A stretch of DNA of 64,000 nucleotides from Alphaproteobacteria bacterium (lineage in GTDB: Bacteria; Pseudomonadota; Alphaproteobacteria; UBA828), in the NCBI GenBank assembly GCA_965220745.1, contig CBDCQT010000012.1, positions 384,001 through 448,000 on the forward strand, given 5' to 3'. The notes below the pieces were generated by a model, which saw only the letters and a list, made by a program, of their open reading frames with translations, was not told the DNA's origin and ran no database searches. Numbering within the stretch: position 1 is the first letter of the stretch; the number at the start of each line of letters is the position of its first letter. The translations under genes and the position numbers were made by a program. Shown here one piece after another: positions 19,474 to 29,745 of this stretch.

Positions 19474-20532
19474 TAGAGCATTTTTCGACCTTATAGAATC
19501 TTTAGAATTTTCAATTGCTTGTAGATGTGATTCAAGATGCAGGCTGGTGAAGGAGGCCAGCCTGCATGACGCGACCTCTTTCGAATGATCTACGTCGTCG
19601 GGTGGTGACGGCGGTGGTCGATGGCGGCATGTCCCGGCGGAGCGCGGCGAGACGCTTCGGCATCGCGCCGTCGACGGCGATCAAGTGGGTCAGCGCCTGG
19701 CGCCGCACGGGCAGCTGGCGGCCGAGAGCGCAGGGCGGCGACAGACGCTCGCAGCGGATCGAGGCACGGGCCGAGGTGGTGCTTGCGCTCCTGGACGAGA
19801 CCCCGGACATGACCTTGGCGGAGATCGCCGCCCACCTGGAGGACGAGCACGGCCTGCGGGTCTCCCAGAGCGCGGTGTGGCGCTTCTTTCACCGCCGCGG
19901 CATCACCTTCAAAAAAAACCGCGCACGCCAGCGAGCAGCAACGCGCTGACGTGCTCAGGCGCAGGCGCGCCTGGGTCGAAGCCCAGCCCGATCTCGACCC
20001 TGAGAAGCTCGTCTTCGTCGATGAAACAGGCGCGTCCACCAAGATGGCGAGACGCTCGGGCCGGGCTCCGCGCGGACAGAGGTGCCGCGCCCCTGTGCCC
20101 CATGGCCACTGGAAGACCACAACCTTCGTCGGTGCCCTCAGGCTGAGCGGGATGACCGCTCCCATGGTGCTCGACGGCGCCATGCATGGCGCCGCCTTCC
20201 TCGCCTACGTAGACCAAGTGCTGGTGCCCACGCTCAAGCCCGGCGACATCGTGGTGATGGACAACCTTGCCTGCCACCGCAGCAGCGCTGTCCGCGACGC
20301 CATTCACCAGGCCGGGGCCGAGCTCCACTTCCTGCCGCCCTACAGCCCCGACCTCAACCCGATCGAGATGGCCTTCTCCAAGTTCAAGGCCTACCTCAAG
20401 CGACGCGCCGCCCGCACCGTCCCGGAACTCTGGGACGCCATCGGCGAAGCCACAGACAACTTCACACCCGCCGAATGCCAAAACTACTTCGCTGCTGCAG
20501 GATATGACCGCGTATGATCGGAACCTGCTCTA
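19474..20532 (+). mobile_element. IS630-family insertion sequence
   Basis: TAGAGCA...TGCTCTA ends, each within CTAG (TA duplication); two-ORF transposase. Confidence 0.92.
19566..20517 (+). CDS. IS630 transposase, OrfA+OrfB joined by a programmed -1 frameshift
   Basis: HTH ORF 19566-19949; A8C slippery run at 19911-19919; DDE motifs [23 protein letters not shown]. Confidence 0.9.
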
Positions 20533-20578
20533 GCACATGATCAGTCCAGTTTAGGTAGCACGTGAGTTGTCCGGTTAG

Positions 20579-21787
20579 GTGTCTCCGCGAGGAGTTGCCT
20601 GGATGAACCGGACGATGTGGCTACAGGAGCGCAGGATGGAGAAGCTTTGCGATGTGCTGGGACGCTTCGAGGCGAAGCGTTTGTCGGCGCTGGATGCGGC
20701 GGAGCTGCTGGGGATGTCGGAGCGCAGCTTCCGGCGCTGCCGGCGGCGCTACGAAGCGGAAGGTCTGGACGGCCTGTTCGACCGCCGGCTCGGCAAGGCG
20801 TCGTCGCGCCGGGTCTGTGTGGATCGGATCGAGTGGGTGCTGGAGCAGTACCGCACCCGCCATGTCGGCTGGACGGTCAAGCATTTCCACGACCATCTGC
20901 GCGCGCATCACGGCTTTCACTTGAGCTACAGCTGGACCAAGACGGTGTTGCAGCGTGCGGGGCTGGTGACCCGGGCGGCACGCCGCGGGGCGCATCGCCG
21001 GCGGCGGCCGCGCAAGCCGTACCGCGGCATGATGCTGCATCAGGACGGCTCGCGTCACGCGTGGCTGGCCGGCCGGGCGCCGCTCGATCTGATCGTCACC
21101 CCGGACGACGCCACCTCGGAGATCTACTCGGCCTTCCTGGTCGAGGAGGAAGGCACGGCCTCGACCTTCCGGGCGCTCAAGCAGGTGTTCACCGAGCACG
21201 GCCTGCCCGGCGCGCTGTACACCGACCGCGGCAGCCACTACTTCCACACCCCCGAGGCCGGCGGCAAGGTCGACAAGGGCCGGCACACCCAGGTCGGGCG
21301 CGCCCTGCACCAGCTCGGCATCGAGCACATCGCCGCCTACTCCCCCGAGGCGAGGGGTCGCTCGGAGCGCGCCTTCGGCACCCTCCAGGACCGCCTGGTC
21401 AAGGAGCTGGCGCTGGCCGGCATCGACACCGTCGAGGCTGCCAACCGCTTCATCGAAGAGCGCTACCTGCCCGACCACAACCGCCGCTTCGCGATCCCGC
21501 CCGAGCTCGACGAGACCGCCTTCGTGCCGCTGGTCCGGCCCGACCAGATCGACGACATCCTCTGCCTGCATGCTGAGCGCGTGGTCGCCCGCGACAACAC
21601 CGTGCGCTACGCCAGGCGGGTCTTGCAGCTCCCCGCCGGCCCCGATCGCCCGCACTACGTCAAGGCGAAGGTCCGGGTGCACGAGTATCCCGACGGCACG
21701 CTCGCCGTCTTCCACGGACCCAGGTGCCCGGCCCGCTACCACGCCGATGGCGAACCGTTCGTAACTCCAAACCGGAAGGCCGCGTGA
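20579..21787 (+). CDS. ISNCY/IS1202-type DDE transposase
   Basis: MLHQDGS.H.W, DDATS, YTDRGSHY, AYSPEARGRSERAFGTLQDRL; start may be 20602. Confidence 0.92.
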   Translation: MSPRGVAWMNRTMWLQERRMEKLCDVLGRFEAKRLSALDAAELLGMSERSFRRCRRRYEAEGLDGLFDRRLGKASSRRVCVDRIEWVLEQYRTRHVGWTVKHFHDHLRAHHGFHLSYSWTKTVLQRAGLVTRAARRGAHRRRRPRKPYRGMMLHQDGSRHAWLAGRAPLDLIVTPDDATSEIYSAFLVEEEGTASTFRALKQVFTEHGLPGALYTDRGSHYFHTPEAGGKVDKGRHTQVGRALHQLGIEHIAAYSPEARGRSERAFGTLQDRLVKELALAGIDTVEAANRFIEERYLPDHNRRFAIPPELDETAFVPLVRPDQIDDILCLHAERVVARDNTVRYARRVLQLPAGPDRPHYVKAKVRVHEYPDGTLAVFHGPRCPARYHADGEPFVTPNRKAA

Positions 21788-21956
21788 GACGCTTCGACGC
21801 GACCCGCCCGCAGCCTGTGGATAAGTGGACAGCCGCTTGGCGCCTGACCACTTCCCCACAGGCCCAACAACCACAACAGAAGCGGCCAATCGATGTACTA
21901 CGAAAACCGGACAAATCTACTTGCTAGCGACAGTTCTGTGCAGCGGCGCAGCGCAC

Positions 21957-22658
21957 TCAAGCGCCGCCTGAGCGGTGCCAGGCGGCGAGGGAGGCGAGAC
22001 CGGTGAAGGTGATGTCAGGTTCCACATCGACCGGCGGTGTCGCACCGCCGGGGCGACCAGCGCGGCGGTCGATCCAGCAGGTGGAAAAGCCCGCGTTGCG
22101 GCCGGGCTGCACGTCGTGGAACAGGCTCTGGGCCACGTGGAGCACCTCGCCGGGCGCGATCCCTTCGTCCGCGAGCAGCGCCTTGGCACGCTCGAAGTGC
22201 GCGGGCGCGGGCTTGTAGCTCCCGACATCCTCGGCTGTGATGACAGCGTGGAAGGGATCACCCAGGCGCCGGGCGCTCACGGCAAAGGACGCGCGGTCCA
22301 CGTTCGAGAGCACCATCAGCAAGCCGTGCTCGCGCAGGTAGGCGAGGGCCTCGACCGAATCCGGGAAGGGCGGCCAGTCGGCGATCGAGGCACCGAAGGC
22401 GGCGGCCTGCTCGTCCGCCGCAGCCTGGCCGAAGTCGGCCGCGATCGCCTTGCAGGCGCGACTCAACACCTCGGGGTAGCGCATGGCCGGGTTCTGCTCC
22501 TGGATCGTGTGCTCGTGCCGGGCGAAGGCGGCGAGCAGTGCCTCGTCGTCGCCGTCGATTCCAGCGAGCGTGCGGAGTGCCCGGAGCATGCCCTGCTCCC
22601 AGTCGATCAGGGTGCCGTAGCAATCGAAGGTGAAGGCGCGGAAGGCGCTCGGCGTCAT
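21957..22658 (-). CDS. HAD-IA hydrolase (haloacid dehalogenase type II-like)
   Basis: TFDCYGTLIDWE, LSNVD, SYKP, HVAQSLFHD. Confidence 0.92.
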   Translation of the reverse strand: MTPSAFRAFTFDCYGTLIDWEQGMLRALRTLAGIDGDDEALLAAFARHEHTIQEQNPAMRYPEVLSRACKAIAADFGQAAADEQAAAFGASIADWPPFPDSVEALAYLREHGLLMVLSNVDRASFAVSARRLGDPFHAVITAEDVGSYKPAPAHFERAKALLADEGIAPGEVLHVAQSLFHDVQPGRNAGFSTCWIDRRAGRPGGATPPVDVEPDITFTGLASLAAWHRSGGA

Positions 22659-22730
22659 CGTTTCCTCTTGCCGTGATGGGTGCGGTCGAGGCGTGGGACG
22701 GGCAGGCCCCAGCCGGTCGGGCCGGAGAGA

Positions 22731-23666
22731 TTAATCGTTCAGCGCGAAGGCGGCACGCAAGATGTTTCCAAAGCCCGAGTTTCCTGCGGCATCGACTCCC
22801 GCGCTGGCCGTGGCCGGATACGGGCCGCCAAGATGTTTCGCGAAGAAGGCCAGCATACGCGCCTGCGAGTCCCGCCGCGCCCGGGAGTTTCCTTGTACTG
22901 TATGGAAGCGGCCGTTCATGCCCTCCACGTAGTAGGGCCCCTGCATGGGCAGGTCGAAGGAATGGTGTGCGTCGGGATAGACCTCCAACTCCATGTCGGG
23001 CGCCGCTATCTCGGCAAGCGAGTGCATGGCGATACACCGCGACACGGACGTCCAGTCGTCTTTCTCGCCGATCAGTACGAGGAAGGGGCGCGCCAGCTCG
23101 AAGGCCCTGGCGCCCTCGCACCAGGGATAATAGGCGACGAGCGCCGCGTAGGACCCTTGCCCCTCTCTGGTGCGAGAATCGACGGTCGATCCCAGCGCCA
23201 GCCGCAGCGCGGTGCCGCCACCCAGCGAAAGACCCACAAAGCCGATCCGCTCATCGTCCACGAAGGGCAGAGAGGCCAGGTGATCGAAGGCGGCATGGGC
23301 GTCGCTGACCTGCACGGGGTAGTACTTTCCGCCGGTCTGGCAGCCGTCGGTAATGCGCCGTGCTCCGAAACTGTCGACGATGAGTGTGACGTAGCCGTAG
23401 TCGTTCAGCAGAGCGGCATGGCCGTTCAAGCCACGCCAGACCGTCTGATGTGACGTGTTTCTCTCGGTCCCGCTGCAGCCGTGCATCAGGACGACGGCAG
23501 GGAAGGGGCCCTCGCCCTCCGGCTTGGCGAGCCAGGATGTGAACGTCGCCTCTCCCGTGTCGGTGACGAGCGAGGTCATCGTTCCGGACGTCTGACACGC
23601 CGCGAGGCCCAGCACCAGAGCCACAGCCAAGGTGCCTAGCAAGCCGAGTCTCTTGGTGACGCTCAT
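22731..23666 (-). CDS. Dienelactone hydrolase family alpha/beta hydrolase, probable lipoprotein
   Basis: Lipobox LAAC; P.GEGPFPAVV.MHGCSG, GLSLGG, GEKDDW, YPDAHHSFD. Confidence 0.85.
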   Translation of the reverse strand: MSVTKRLGLLGTLAVALVLGLAACQTSGTMTSLVTDTGEATFTSWLAKPEGEGPFPAVVLMHGCSGTERNTSHQTVWRGLNGHAALLNDYGYVTLIVDSFGARRITDGCQTGGKYYPVQVSDAHAAFDHLASLPFVDDERIGFVGLSLGGGTALRLALGSTVDSRTREGQGSYAALVAYYPWCEGARAFELARPFLVLIGEKDDWTSVSRCIAMHSLAEIAAPDMELEVYPDAHHSFDLPMQGPYYVEGMNGRFHTVQGNSRARRDSQARMLAFFAKHLGGPYPATASAGVDAAGNSGFGNILRAAFALND

Positions 23667-23790
23667 CGGTGTGCCTCTGCTCAAGCCTCTTAATGGTGCC
23701 GCCGCCGACTGCTTCGGCATTCAATACTGATATATCGTTGTCACTCAGACCGCTTGACGGCTCCGTCAAAGGGCGCTGCAATAGGTGGGG

Positions 23791-23824
23791 GAAAGAAGGG
23801 GAGTGCGCATTGCACGCACTCCCC
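23791..23824 (-). terminator. Probable intrinsic terminator of nrdJ
   Basis: GGGGAGTGCG-7 nt-CGCACTCCCC hairpin followed by TTCTTT on the minus strand. Confidence 0.65.
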
Positions 23825-23862
23825 AGTGCCAGTGGTTCATGACCGCGGGAGATGGACGGTCG

Positions 23863-26800
23863 TCAGGAACAACCACTGGTAGCGCCACAAGTCACACACT
23901 TCATGCAGGTCCCGTTACGGACCAGCGTGAAATTTCCGCAATCGCCGCAGGCCTCGCCCTCGTAACCCTTGCCACGTGCTTGGGTTTGGGGCGCGCGGCC
24001 GCCCGTCGCCGCACCGCTCGCCGCAGGCTCGCTTCGCCGCTCGTGCCGGGGCCGCACCGCTGCAACCTCGGCGTCGTGCGCCGTGCCCGCGCGGCGGGCG
24101 GTTGCCCGGCCGGCCTCGTCGTCGCCCGCGCCGCCGGCACCGCCGTTGAGCACCAGCAGGTTGGAGCGCACGTAGCCGGCGCTCACCGGGTCGTCAGTGC
24201 CGCCGTTCGCACCGGCACGCCCGCCTCTGTCAGGCAGCATGGGTGCGCGCACGGTCTGCTCCTCGCCGCCGCCGATGGTATCCGGCAGCAGGTCCTCGGC
24301 CTCGGCATGGGCGAGGTCGCTGCGCCCGAGATAGGAGATGGCGAGCTCGCGGAAGATGTAGTCGAGGATCGACGTGCTCATCTTGATGGCGTCGTTGTTG
24401 ACCACCATCCCCGCCGGCTCGAACCGGGTGAAGGTGAAGGCATCGACGTACTCGTCCAGCGGCACGCCGTATTGCAGGCCGATGGAAATCGAGATCGCGA
24501 AGTTGTTCATCAGACTGCGGAAGGACGCGCCCTCCTTGTGCATGTCGATGAAGATCTCGCCGAGCCCACCGTCCTCGAACTCGCCGGTCCTGAGGTAGAC
24601 CTTGTGCCCGCCAACGATGGCCTTCTGGGTGTAGCCGCGCCGTCGATGGGGCAGGCGCCGCCGGTCGCCCTCGCGGATGACCTGCTTGACGATGCGTTCG
24701 GCCACGGCGAGCGGGTCAGGTCGGCTGGCCACGGCCGGCGGCGCGTCGGCTGTCTCTTCCTCCGCCGCCTCGTCGAGCCCATCGCCGAGCGCGAGCGCGG
24801 TCAAGGGCTGGGAGAGCTTGGAGCCGTCGCGGTAAAGCGCGTTGGCCTTGAGGCCGAGGCGCCAGGAGAGCTCGTAGGCCCGGCGGCAATCCTCGACTGT
24901 GGCGTCCATCGGCAGGTTGATGGTCTTCGAGATCGCGCCCGAGATGAAGGGCTGGGCCGCCGCCATCATGCGCACGTGGCTCTCGGTCGAGAGGCAGCGG
25001 TTGGAGCCGGTGCGCCCGCAGGGGTTGGCACAGTCGAAGACCGGCAGGTGCTCGTCCTTGAGGTGCGGCGCGCCTTCCAGCGTCATTGCGCCGCAGCAGT
25101 AGAGCGTGGCCGCCTCGATCTCGCGCGCGCTGAAGCCGATGGCGCCGAGCAGGTCGAAGTCGGGCCGGTCGAGATCGTGGGCGTCGAGGCCGAGCGTGCC
25201 GGTGCAGAAGTCCTCGCCAAGCGTCCACTTATTGAACGCGAGGTTGAGGTCGAAGGCGGCATCGAGAGCGCCTTCGACCTGCGCGATGGCGGCCGGCGTG
25301 AAGCCCTTGCGCGCGAGCGCCGCGTGGTCGATTGCCGGCGCCCCTTTCAGGGTGCCGCTGCCGACGGCGTAGGCGACGATCGCGCGAATCTGCGGCGCCG
25401 TGTAGCCGAGGGTCTTCAGCGCCTTCGGCACCGTGCCGTTGATGATCTTGAAGTGCCCGCCGCCGGCGAGCTTCTTGAACTTGACCAGGGCGAAATCGGG
25501 CTCGATGCCGGTGGTGTCGCAGTCCATGACCAGCCCGATGGTGCCGGTGGGCGCGATCACCGTCGCCTGGGCGTTGCGATAGCCGTACTTCTCACCGAGC
25601 TTCACGGCCCGGTCCCAGGCACGCTTCGCGGCCTTGCCGAGCGCCTTGTCCGGCAGGTTGGCGTGATCAAGCGGCACCGGCTGGATATCGAGGTCTTCGA
25701 ATTTCCCCGTCTCGCCGCGGGCGGCGGCGCGGTGGTTGCGCATCACCCGAAGCATGGCGTCGCGGTTATCGTCGAACGCGGGGAAGGCGCCGCATTCGCC
25801 GGCCATCTCCGCCGAGGCCGCGTAGGAGGTGCCCGTCATGAGCGCGCTGATAGCGCCGCCAAGCGCCCGGCCCGCCTCGCTGTCGTAGGAGAGCCCGAGC
25901 GACATCAGGAGCCCGCCGAGATTGGCGAACCCCAGTCCCAGCGTGCGGTACCGGTAGGACCGGAGCGCGATCTCGCGCGAGGGAAACTGCGCCATCACCA
26001 CCGCGATTTCGAGAACGACGGTCCAGAGCTTGACCGCGTGCTCGAAGCCCTCGATGTCGAAGCTGCCGTCCTCGCGCCTGAAGGTGATCAGGTTGAGCGA
26101 GGCGAGGTTGCACGCGGTGTCATCGAGGAACATGTACTCGGAGCAGGGGTTGGACGCGTTGATCCGCCCCCCCGCCGGGCAGGTGTGCCAGGCGTTGATG
26201 GTGCTGTCGAACTGGATTCCGGGGTCGGCCGAGGCCCAGGCCGCCTCCGAAATCTGGTCCCAGAGCCCGCTCGCGTCGATGGTCTTCGCCACCTTGCCGT
26301 CGGTGCGGCGGATCAGATCCCAGGTGCCGCCGGCCTCCACCTGCTTCAGGAAGGCGTCGGTCACGCGGATCGAGTTGTTGGAGTTCTGGCCCGATACCGT
26401 GAGATAGGCCTCGGACTGCCAGTCGGTGTCGTAGATGCGGAAGTCGATCTCGGTGAAGCCCTGCTCGGCCCAGCGGATCGCGCGGTGGATGCAGGTCTCG
26501 GGCACCAGCGCCCTCCGCGCCTCGCGGACCGCGTCGCTGAGCGCCGGGTTGGACTTGGGCTCGAAGCGGTCGGCGCCGCTGCCCGCGTGGCAGGCATCGA
26601 CGATGGCGTTGAGGCGGGTGTGCAGGAGCCGCGATCCACTGACCAGCGCCGCGACCTTCTGCTCCTCCACCACCTTCCAGGAGACGAAGTCCTCGATGTC
26701 GGGGTGGTCGACATCGACGATGACCATCTTGGCGGCGCGCCGGGTGGTGCCGCCCGACTTGATGGCGCCGGCGGCGCGGTCGCCGATCTTGAGGAAGCTC

Positions 26801-27561
26801 ATCAGGCCGGAGGACTTGCCCCCGCCGGAGAGCGACTCGCCCTCGCCGCGCAGGTTGGAGAAGTTGGTGCCCGTGCCCGAGCCGTACTTGAAGAGCCGCG
26901 CCTCACGCACCCAGAGGTCCATGATCCCGCCCTCGTTGACGAGATCGTCCTGGATGCTCTGGATGAAGCAGGCGTGCGGCTGGGGGTGTTCGTAGGCCGA
27001 CTCGGCCTCCTTCAGATCGCCGCTCTCGTGATCGACGTAGTAGTGACCCTGGGCCGGGCCGTCGATGCCGTAGGCCCAGTTCAGGCCGGTGTTGAACCAC
27101 TGCGGCGAGTTCGGCGCGGCCACCTGGAGCGCCAGCATGGCCACGAGTTCGTCGTAGAAGGCGCGGGCGTCCGATTCGGCATCGAAATAGCCGGCCTTCC
27201 AGCCCCAGTAGGTCCACGTGCCGGCGAGGCGGTGGAACACCTCCCTGGCCGAGCGCTCGCCGCCGGTGGGGCGCTCGTCGTCGGCGCCGGCGCTCTCCGG
27301 GTCCGGCTCGCTCCGCCACAGCCACTCGGGTACGTCGGCCTCGGGTACGGGCTTGCGTCGAGCCGCGATGCCGGCCTTGCGGAAGTATTTCTGGGCGAGA
27401 ACGTCGCAGGCGACCTGCGACCAGCCGGCCGGGACCTCGACGTCCTGCTGCACGAACACCACCGAGCCGTCGGGATTGCGGATCTCGCACGAGGTCGTGC
27501 GGTACGCGACCTCCTCGCGCGGCGCTCCGTCGTCCGTCGTATAGTGGCGCTGGATGCGCAT
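23863..27561 (-). CDS. nrdJ: Vitamin B12-dependent (class II) ribonucleotide reductase
   Basis: [44 protein letters not shown]-terminal TSCPD-like domain and CxxC...CxxC...GCS. Confidence 0.97.
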   Translation of the reverse strand: MRIQRHYTTDDGAPREEVAYRTTSCEIRNPDGSVVFVQQDVEVPAGWSQVACDVLAQKYFRKAGIAARRKPVPEADVPEWLWRSEPDPESAGADDERPTGGERSAREVFHRLAGTWTYWGWKAGYFDAESDARAFYDELVAMLALQVAAPNSPQWFNTGLNWAYGIDGPAQGHYYVDHESGDLKEAESAYEHPQPHACFIQSIQDDLVNEGGIMDLWVREARLFKYGSGTGTNFSNLRGEGESLSGGGKSSGLMSFLKIGDRAAGAIKSGGTTRRAAKMVIVDVDHPDIEDFVSWKVVEEQKVAALVSGSRLLHTRLNAIVDACHAGSGADRFEPKSNPALSDAVREARRALVPETCIHRAIRWAEQGFTEIDFRIYDTDWQSEAYLTVSGQNSNNSIRVTDAFLKQVEAGGTWDLIRRTDGKVAKTIDASGLWDQISEAAWASADPGIQFDSTINAWHTCPAGGRINASNPCSEYMFLDDTACNLASLNLITFRREDGSFDIEGFEHAVKLWTVVLEIAVVMAQFPSREIALRSYRYRTLGLGFANLGGLLMSLGLSYDSEAGRALGGAISALMTGTSYAASAEMAGECGAFPAFDDNRDAMLRVMRNHRAAARGETGKFEDLDIQPVPLDHANLPDKALGKAAKRAWDRAVKLGEKYGYRNAQATVIAPTGTIGLVMDCDTTGIEPDFALVKFKKLAGGGHFKIINGTVPKALKTLGYTAPQIRAIVAYAVGSGTLKGAPAIDHAALARKGFTPAAIAQVEGALDAAFDLNLAFNKWTLGEDFCTGTLGLDAHDLDRPDFDLLGAIGFSAREIEAATLYCCGAMTLEGAPHLKDEHLPVFDCANPCGRTGSNRCLSTESHVRMMAAAQPFISGAISKTINLPMDATVEDCRRAYELSWRLGLKANALYRDGSKLSQPLTALALGDGLDEAAEEETADAPPAVASRPDPLAVAERIVKQVIREGDRRRLPHRRRGYTQKAIVGGHKVYLRTGEFEDGGLGEIFIDMHKEGASFRSLMNNFAISISIGLQYGVPLDEYVDAFTFTRFEPAGMVVNNDAIKMSTSILDYIFRELAISYLGRSDLAHAEAEDLLPDTIGGGEEQTVRAPMLPDRGGRAGANGGTDDPVSAGYVRSNLLVLNGGAGGAGDDEAGRATARRAGTAHDAEVAAVRPRHERRSEPAASGAATGGRAPQTQARGKGYEGEACGDCGNFTLVRNGTCMKCVTCGATSGCS

Positions 27562-27613
27562 AGACTACCCCCAAATGACCGGCCGAAACCGAAGAACAAC
27601 GCGGCCACCGCCT

Positions 27614-27660
27614 CAACGACATATAGCTCATCAAGGCGACAGTACCGCAACTTATGGTAT
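27614..27660 (-). promoter_or_regulatory. Tandem NrdR boxes
   Basis: Minus-strand ATACCATAAGTTGCGG (27645-27660) and GAGCTATATGTCGTTG (27614-27629), 31 bp apart, upstream of nrdJ; resemble acaCwAtATaTwGtg. Confidence 0.75.
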
Positions 27661-27757
27661 GAAATGCCAAGTGTCGTGGGTCTGTCAACAATAATTTTGT
27701 TACGACTGGCTGGGCCATTTTTCGCGCTCAGCGCTTCGAACTGCCGGTCGACGCGCC

Positions 27758-29029
27758 TCACGCTGACTCTCCAATTCGCAGGCTGACCTCGAAGCAGGCG
27801 CCGCCGCCTTCGCGCGCGAGGCAGCGCGCTTCGCCGCCGTGGCGGCGGGCTATCTGGCGCACCAGGCTGAGCCCGAGTCCGACACCCCGGTCGTCGTCCT
27901 CGTCCTCGCGCCGGCCCTCGCGGCGGTAGAAGGGCTCGAAGATGCGCTCGCGTTCGTCTTCCGGCACGCCCGGTCCGCGGTCGAGCACGCGCAGGATGGC
28001 GTGGCCGTCCCGCACCTCCAGCTCGACCAGAGCCGGGCTGCCGGGCGCATGATGCGCGGCATTCTCAAGCAGGTTGCGGATCAGGCGGGCGAGCAGCCGG
28101 CCTTCGCCCGCCACCGTCGCGGGCCCGCCGGCGAAGTCGGCCCCGGCCCGCGCCGCCTCCTCGGCGCAGAGCGCTTGGAGATCGAGTCGCTCCTGATGCG
28201 CGGGCCGCTCCAGGGTGCTGAGGCGGCTCGCCAGCAGGATCTCCTCGATCAGCTCGTCGAGGTCCTCGATGTCGCGCTCGATGCGCGCGCGAAGGGCAGG
28301 GTCGCCGTTCTCCGCCAGCAGCTCCACCGCCATGCGGATGCGGGCGAGGGGCGAGCGCAGCTCGTGGGAGGCGGCGGCGAGGGTATCGCGCTGGGCCTCG
28401 ACGAGGGCCTGGATTCGCTCTGCCGCGCTGTTGAAGCTGCGCGCCAGTGCCGCGATCTCGTCCTTGCCCTCGACATCGACCCGGGCGGCGAGGTCGCCCG
28501 CGCCCAGCGCCTCGACTCGGGCCTGGAGGCGCTCCAGCCGCCGTGCGAGGCGGCGAGCGAGCGGCCAGGCGCCGACGGCGACGGCGAACGCAAGGATGCC
28601 GAGGGCGGCGAGGAAGCCGATCGCCGGGGCGTGAAATACGTCGTCGCGCTTGGGGCGGACCTTGACGAGGCGGCCGTCCGGTAGCGGCAGAGTAAAGGCC
28701 TTGCCCTCCCGCTTGCGCGAGCCGGAAGGCCGTTCCTTTGGCGCTCGCAGGGGCCGGCCCAGGCTGCCGAGCAACTCCCCCTCCGGCCCGAAGACACTGA
28801 TGCGGGCATTGAAGTCTTTGCCCAGCCGGGCGAGGGCGGCATCGGTCTCGGCCCGAGTCGCGTCGGGCGGCGGCAGCAGCTCGACCAGGATCGCGCCGAC
28901 GCTCCGGCGAAATTCCGCGTCCGGGCGCTCCTCGTGGGTCAGCCACCAGCCGAGGACGGCGAGCGCGCCGAAGAGCACGATGATGCCGAGCAGCGTCAGA
29001 TAGACCTGGAGGAAGAGGCGCCGTCTCAA
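27758..29029 (-). CDS. HAMP-domain sensor histidine kinase
   Basis: TTG start overlapping the regulator stop; two TM segments, ASHELRSPLAR, NLLENA, DRGPG, GVGLGL. Confidence 0.92.
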   Translation of the reverse strand: MRRRLFLQVYLTLLGIIVLFGALAVLGWWLTHEERPDAEFRRSVGAILVELLPPPDATRAETDAALARLGKDFNARISVFGPEGELLGSLGRPLRAPKERPSGSRKREGKAFTLPLPDGRLVKVRPKRDDVFHAPAIGFLAALGILAFAVAVGAWPLARRLARRLERLQARVEALGAGDLAARVDVEGKDEIAALARSFNSAAERIQALVEAQRDTLAAASHELRSPLARIRMAVELLAENGDPALRARIERDIEDLDELIEEILLASRLSTLERPAHQERLDLQALCAEEAARAGADFAGGPATVAGEGRLLARLIRNLLENAAHHAPGSPALVELEVRDGHAILRVLDRGPGVPEDERERIFEPFYRREGRREDEDDDRGVGLGLSLVRQIARRHGGEARCLAREGGGACFEVSLRIGESA

Positions 29030-29745
29030 GCGTCGTCGTCCTGGCTGCGGGTGAAGAGGTAACCGGCGCCCCGCAGGGTGACGATGCGGCGCGGGTGCTT
29101 GGGGTCGTCCTCGATCGCCGCGCGGATGCGCGAGATATGGACATCGATGCTGCGGTCGAAGGCCTCGAGCGACTCGCCCCGCACCCGGTCCATGAGCTGC
29201 TCGCGGCTGAGCACGCGGCCGGCGCTCTCGGCCAGCGCGCAGAGCAGGTCGAACTGGTGACTGGTGAGCGGCCGTTCCTCGCCGTCGACCAGGACACGCC
29301 GCGCCGCGCGGTCGATGACGAGACGGCCGAAGCGCAGCGTCTCGCCCGACCCGGCCCGGCCGCTGGGGGTGCGGCGGCGCAGGATGGCGCGCAGGCGGGC
29401 CAGCAGCTCGCGCGGGTTGAAGGGCTTGGGCAGGTAGTCGTCGGCGCCGATCTCCAGGCCCACGATGCGGTCCGCCTCCTCGCCCCGCGCCGTCAGCATG
29501 AGGATCGGCACGTCGGAGCGGGCGCGGATCGCCCGGCAGATCTCCAGCCCGTCGCCATCGGGCAGCATCAGGTCGAGCACGACGGCGTCGTAGCCGCCCT
29601 GGAGGGCGGCCGCGAGGCCGGCCTCGGCACCCTCCCGATGATCGAGGGTCATGCCGGCGCGGCCGAGATAGGTGGCGACCATCTCGGCGAGCGCACGGTC
29701 GTCCTCGATCATCAGCAGGCGGGTGGAGGCGCCATGCCCCTTCAT
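29026..29745 (-). CDS. OmpR/PhoB-family response regulator
   Basis: IEDD, LDLMLPDGDG, LTARG, GADDYLPKPF, DRSIDVHISRIR, TLRGAGY. Confidence 0.94.
   Translation of the reverse strand: MKGHGASTRLLMIEDDRALAEMVATYLGRAGMTLDHREGAEAGLAAALQGGYDAVVLDLMLPDGDGLEICRAIRARSDVPILMLTARGEEADRIVGLEIGADDYLPKPFNPRELLARLRAILRRRTPSGRAGSGETLRFGRLVIDRAARRVLVDGEERPLTSHQFDLLCALAESAGRVLSREQLMDRVRGESLEAFDRSIDVHISRIRAAIEDDPKHPRRIVTLRGAGYLFTRSQDDDA

Larger units (their letters stand above)
19468..21932 (+). mobile_element. IS1202/ISNCY-type insertion sequence with its left end interrupted by IS630
   Basis: TGTCGCTAG at 19468 continues as CACATGATCAGTCC after the IS630; right end TGCTAGCGACA at 21932; repeated TAGCA...GTCC.GTT subterminal motifs. 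Confidence 0.82.

Noticed and set aside
21816-21824. Perfect DnaA box TGTGGATAA
   Set aside because: Single copy inside the subterminal hairpin of the IS; no origin-like context.
23785-27786. 1333-aa plus-strand ORF and similar long ORFs (2956-4968, 9496-11520, 29943-32006, 57035-59239)
   Set aside because: Antisense or off-frame shadows of well-supported genes, expected in high-GC DNA; no recognisable motifs.
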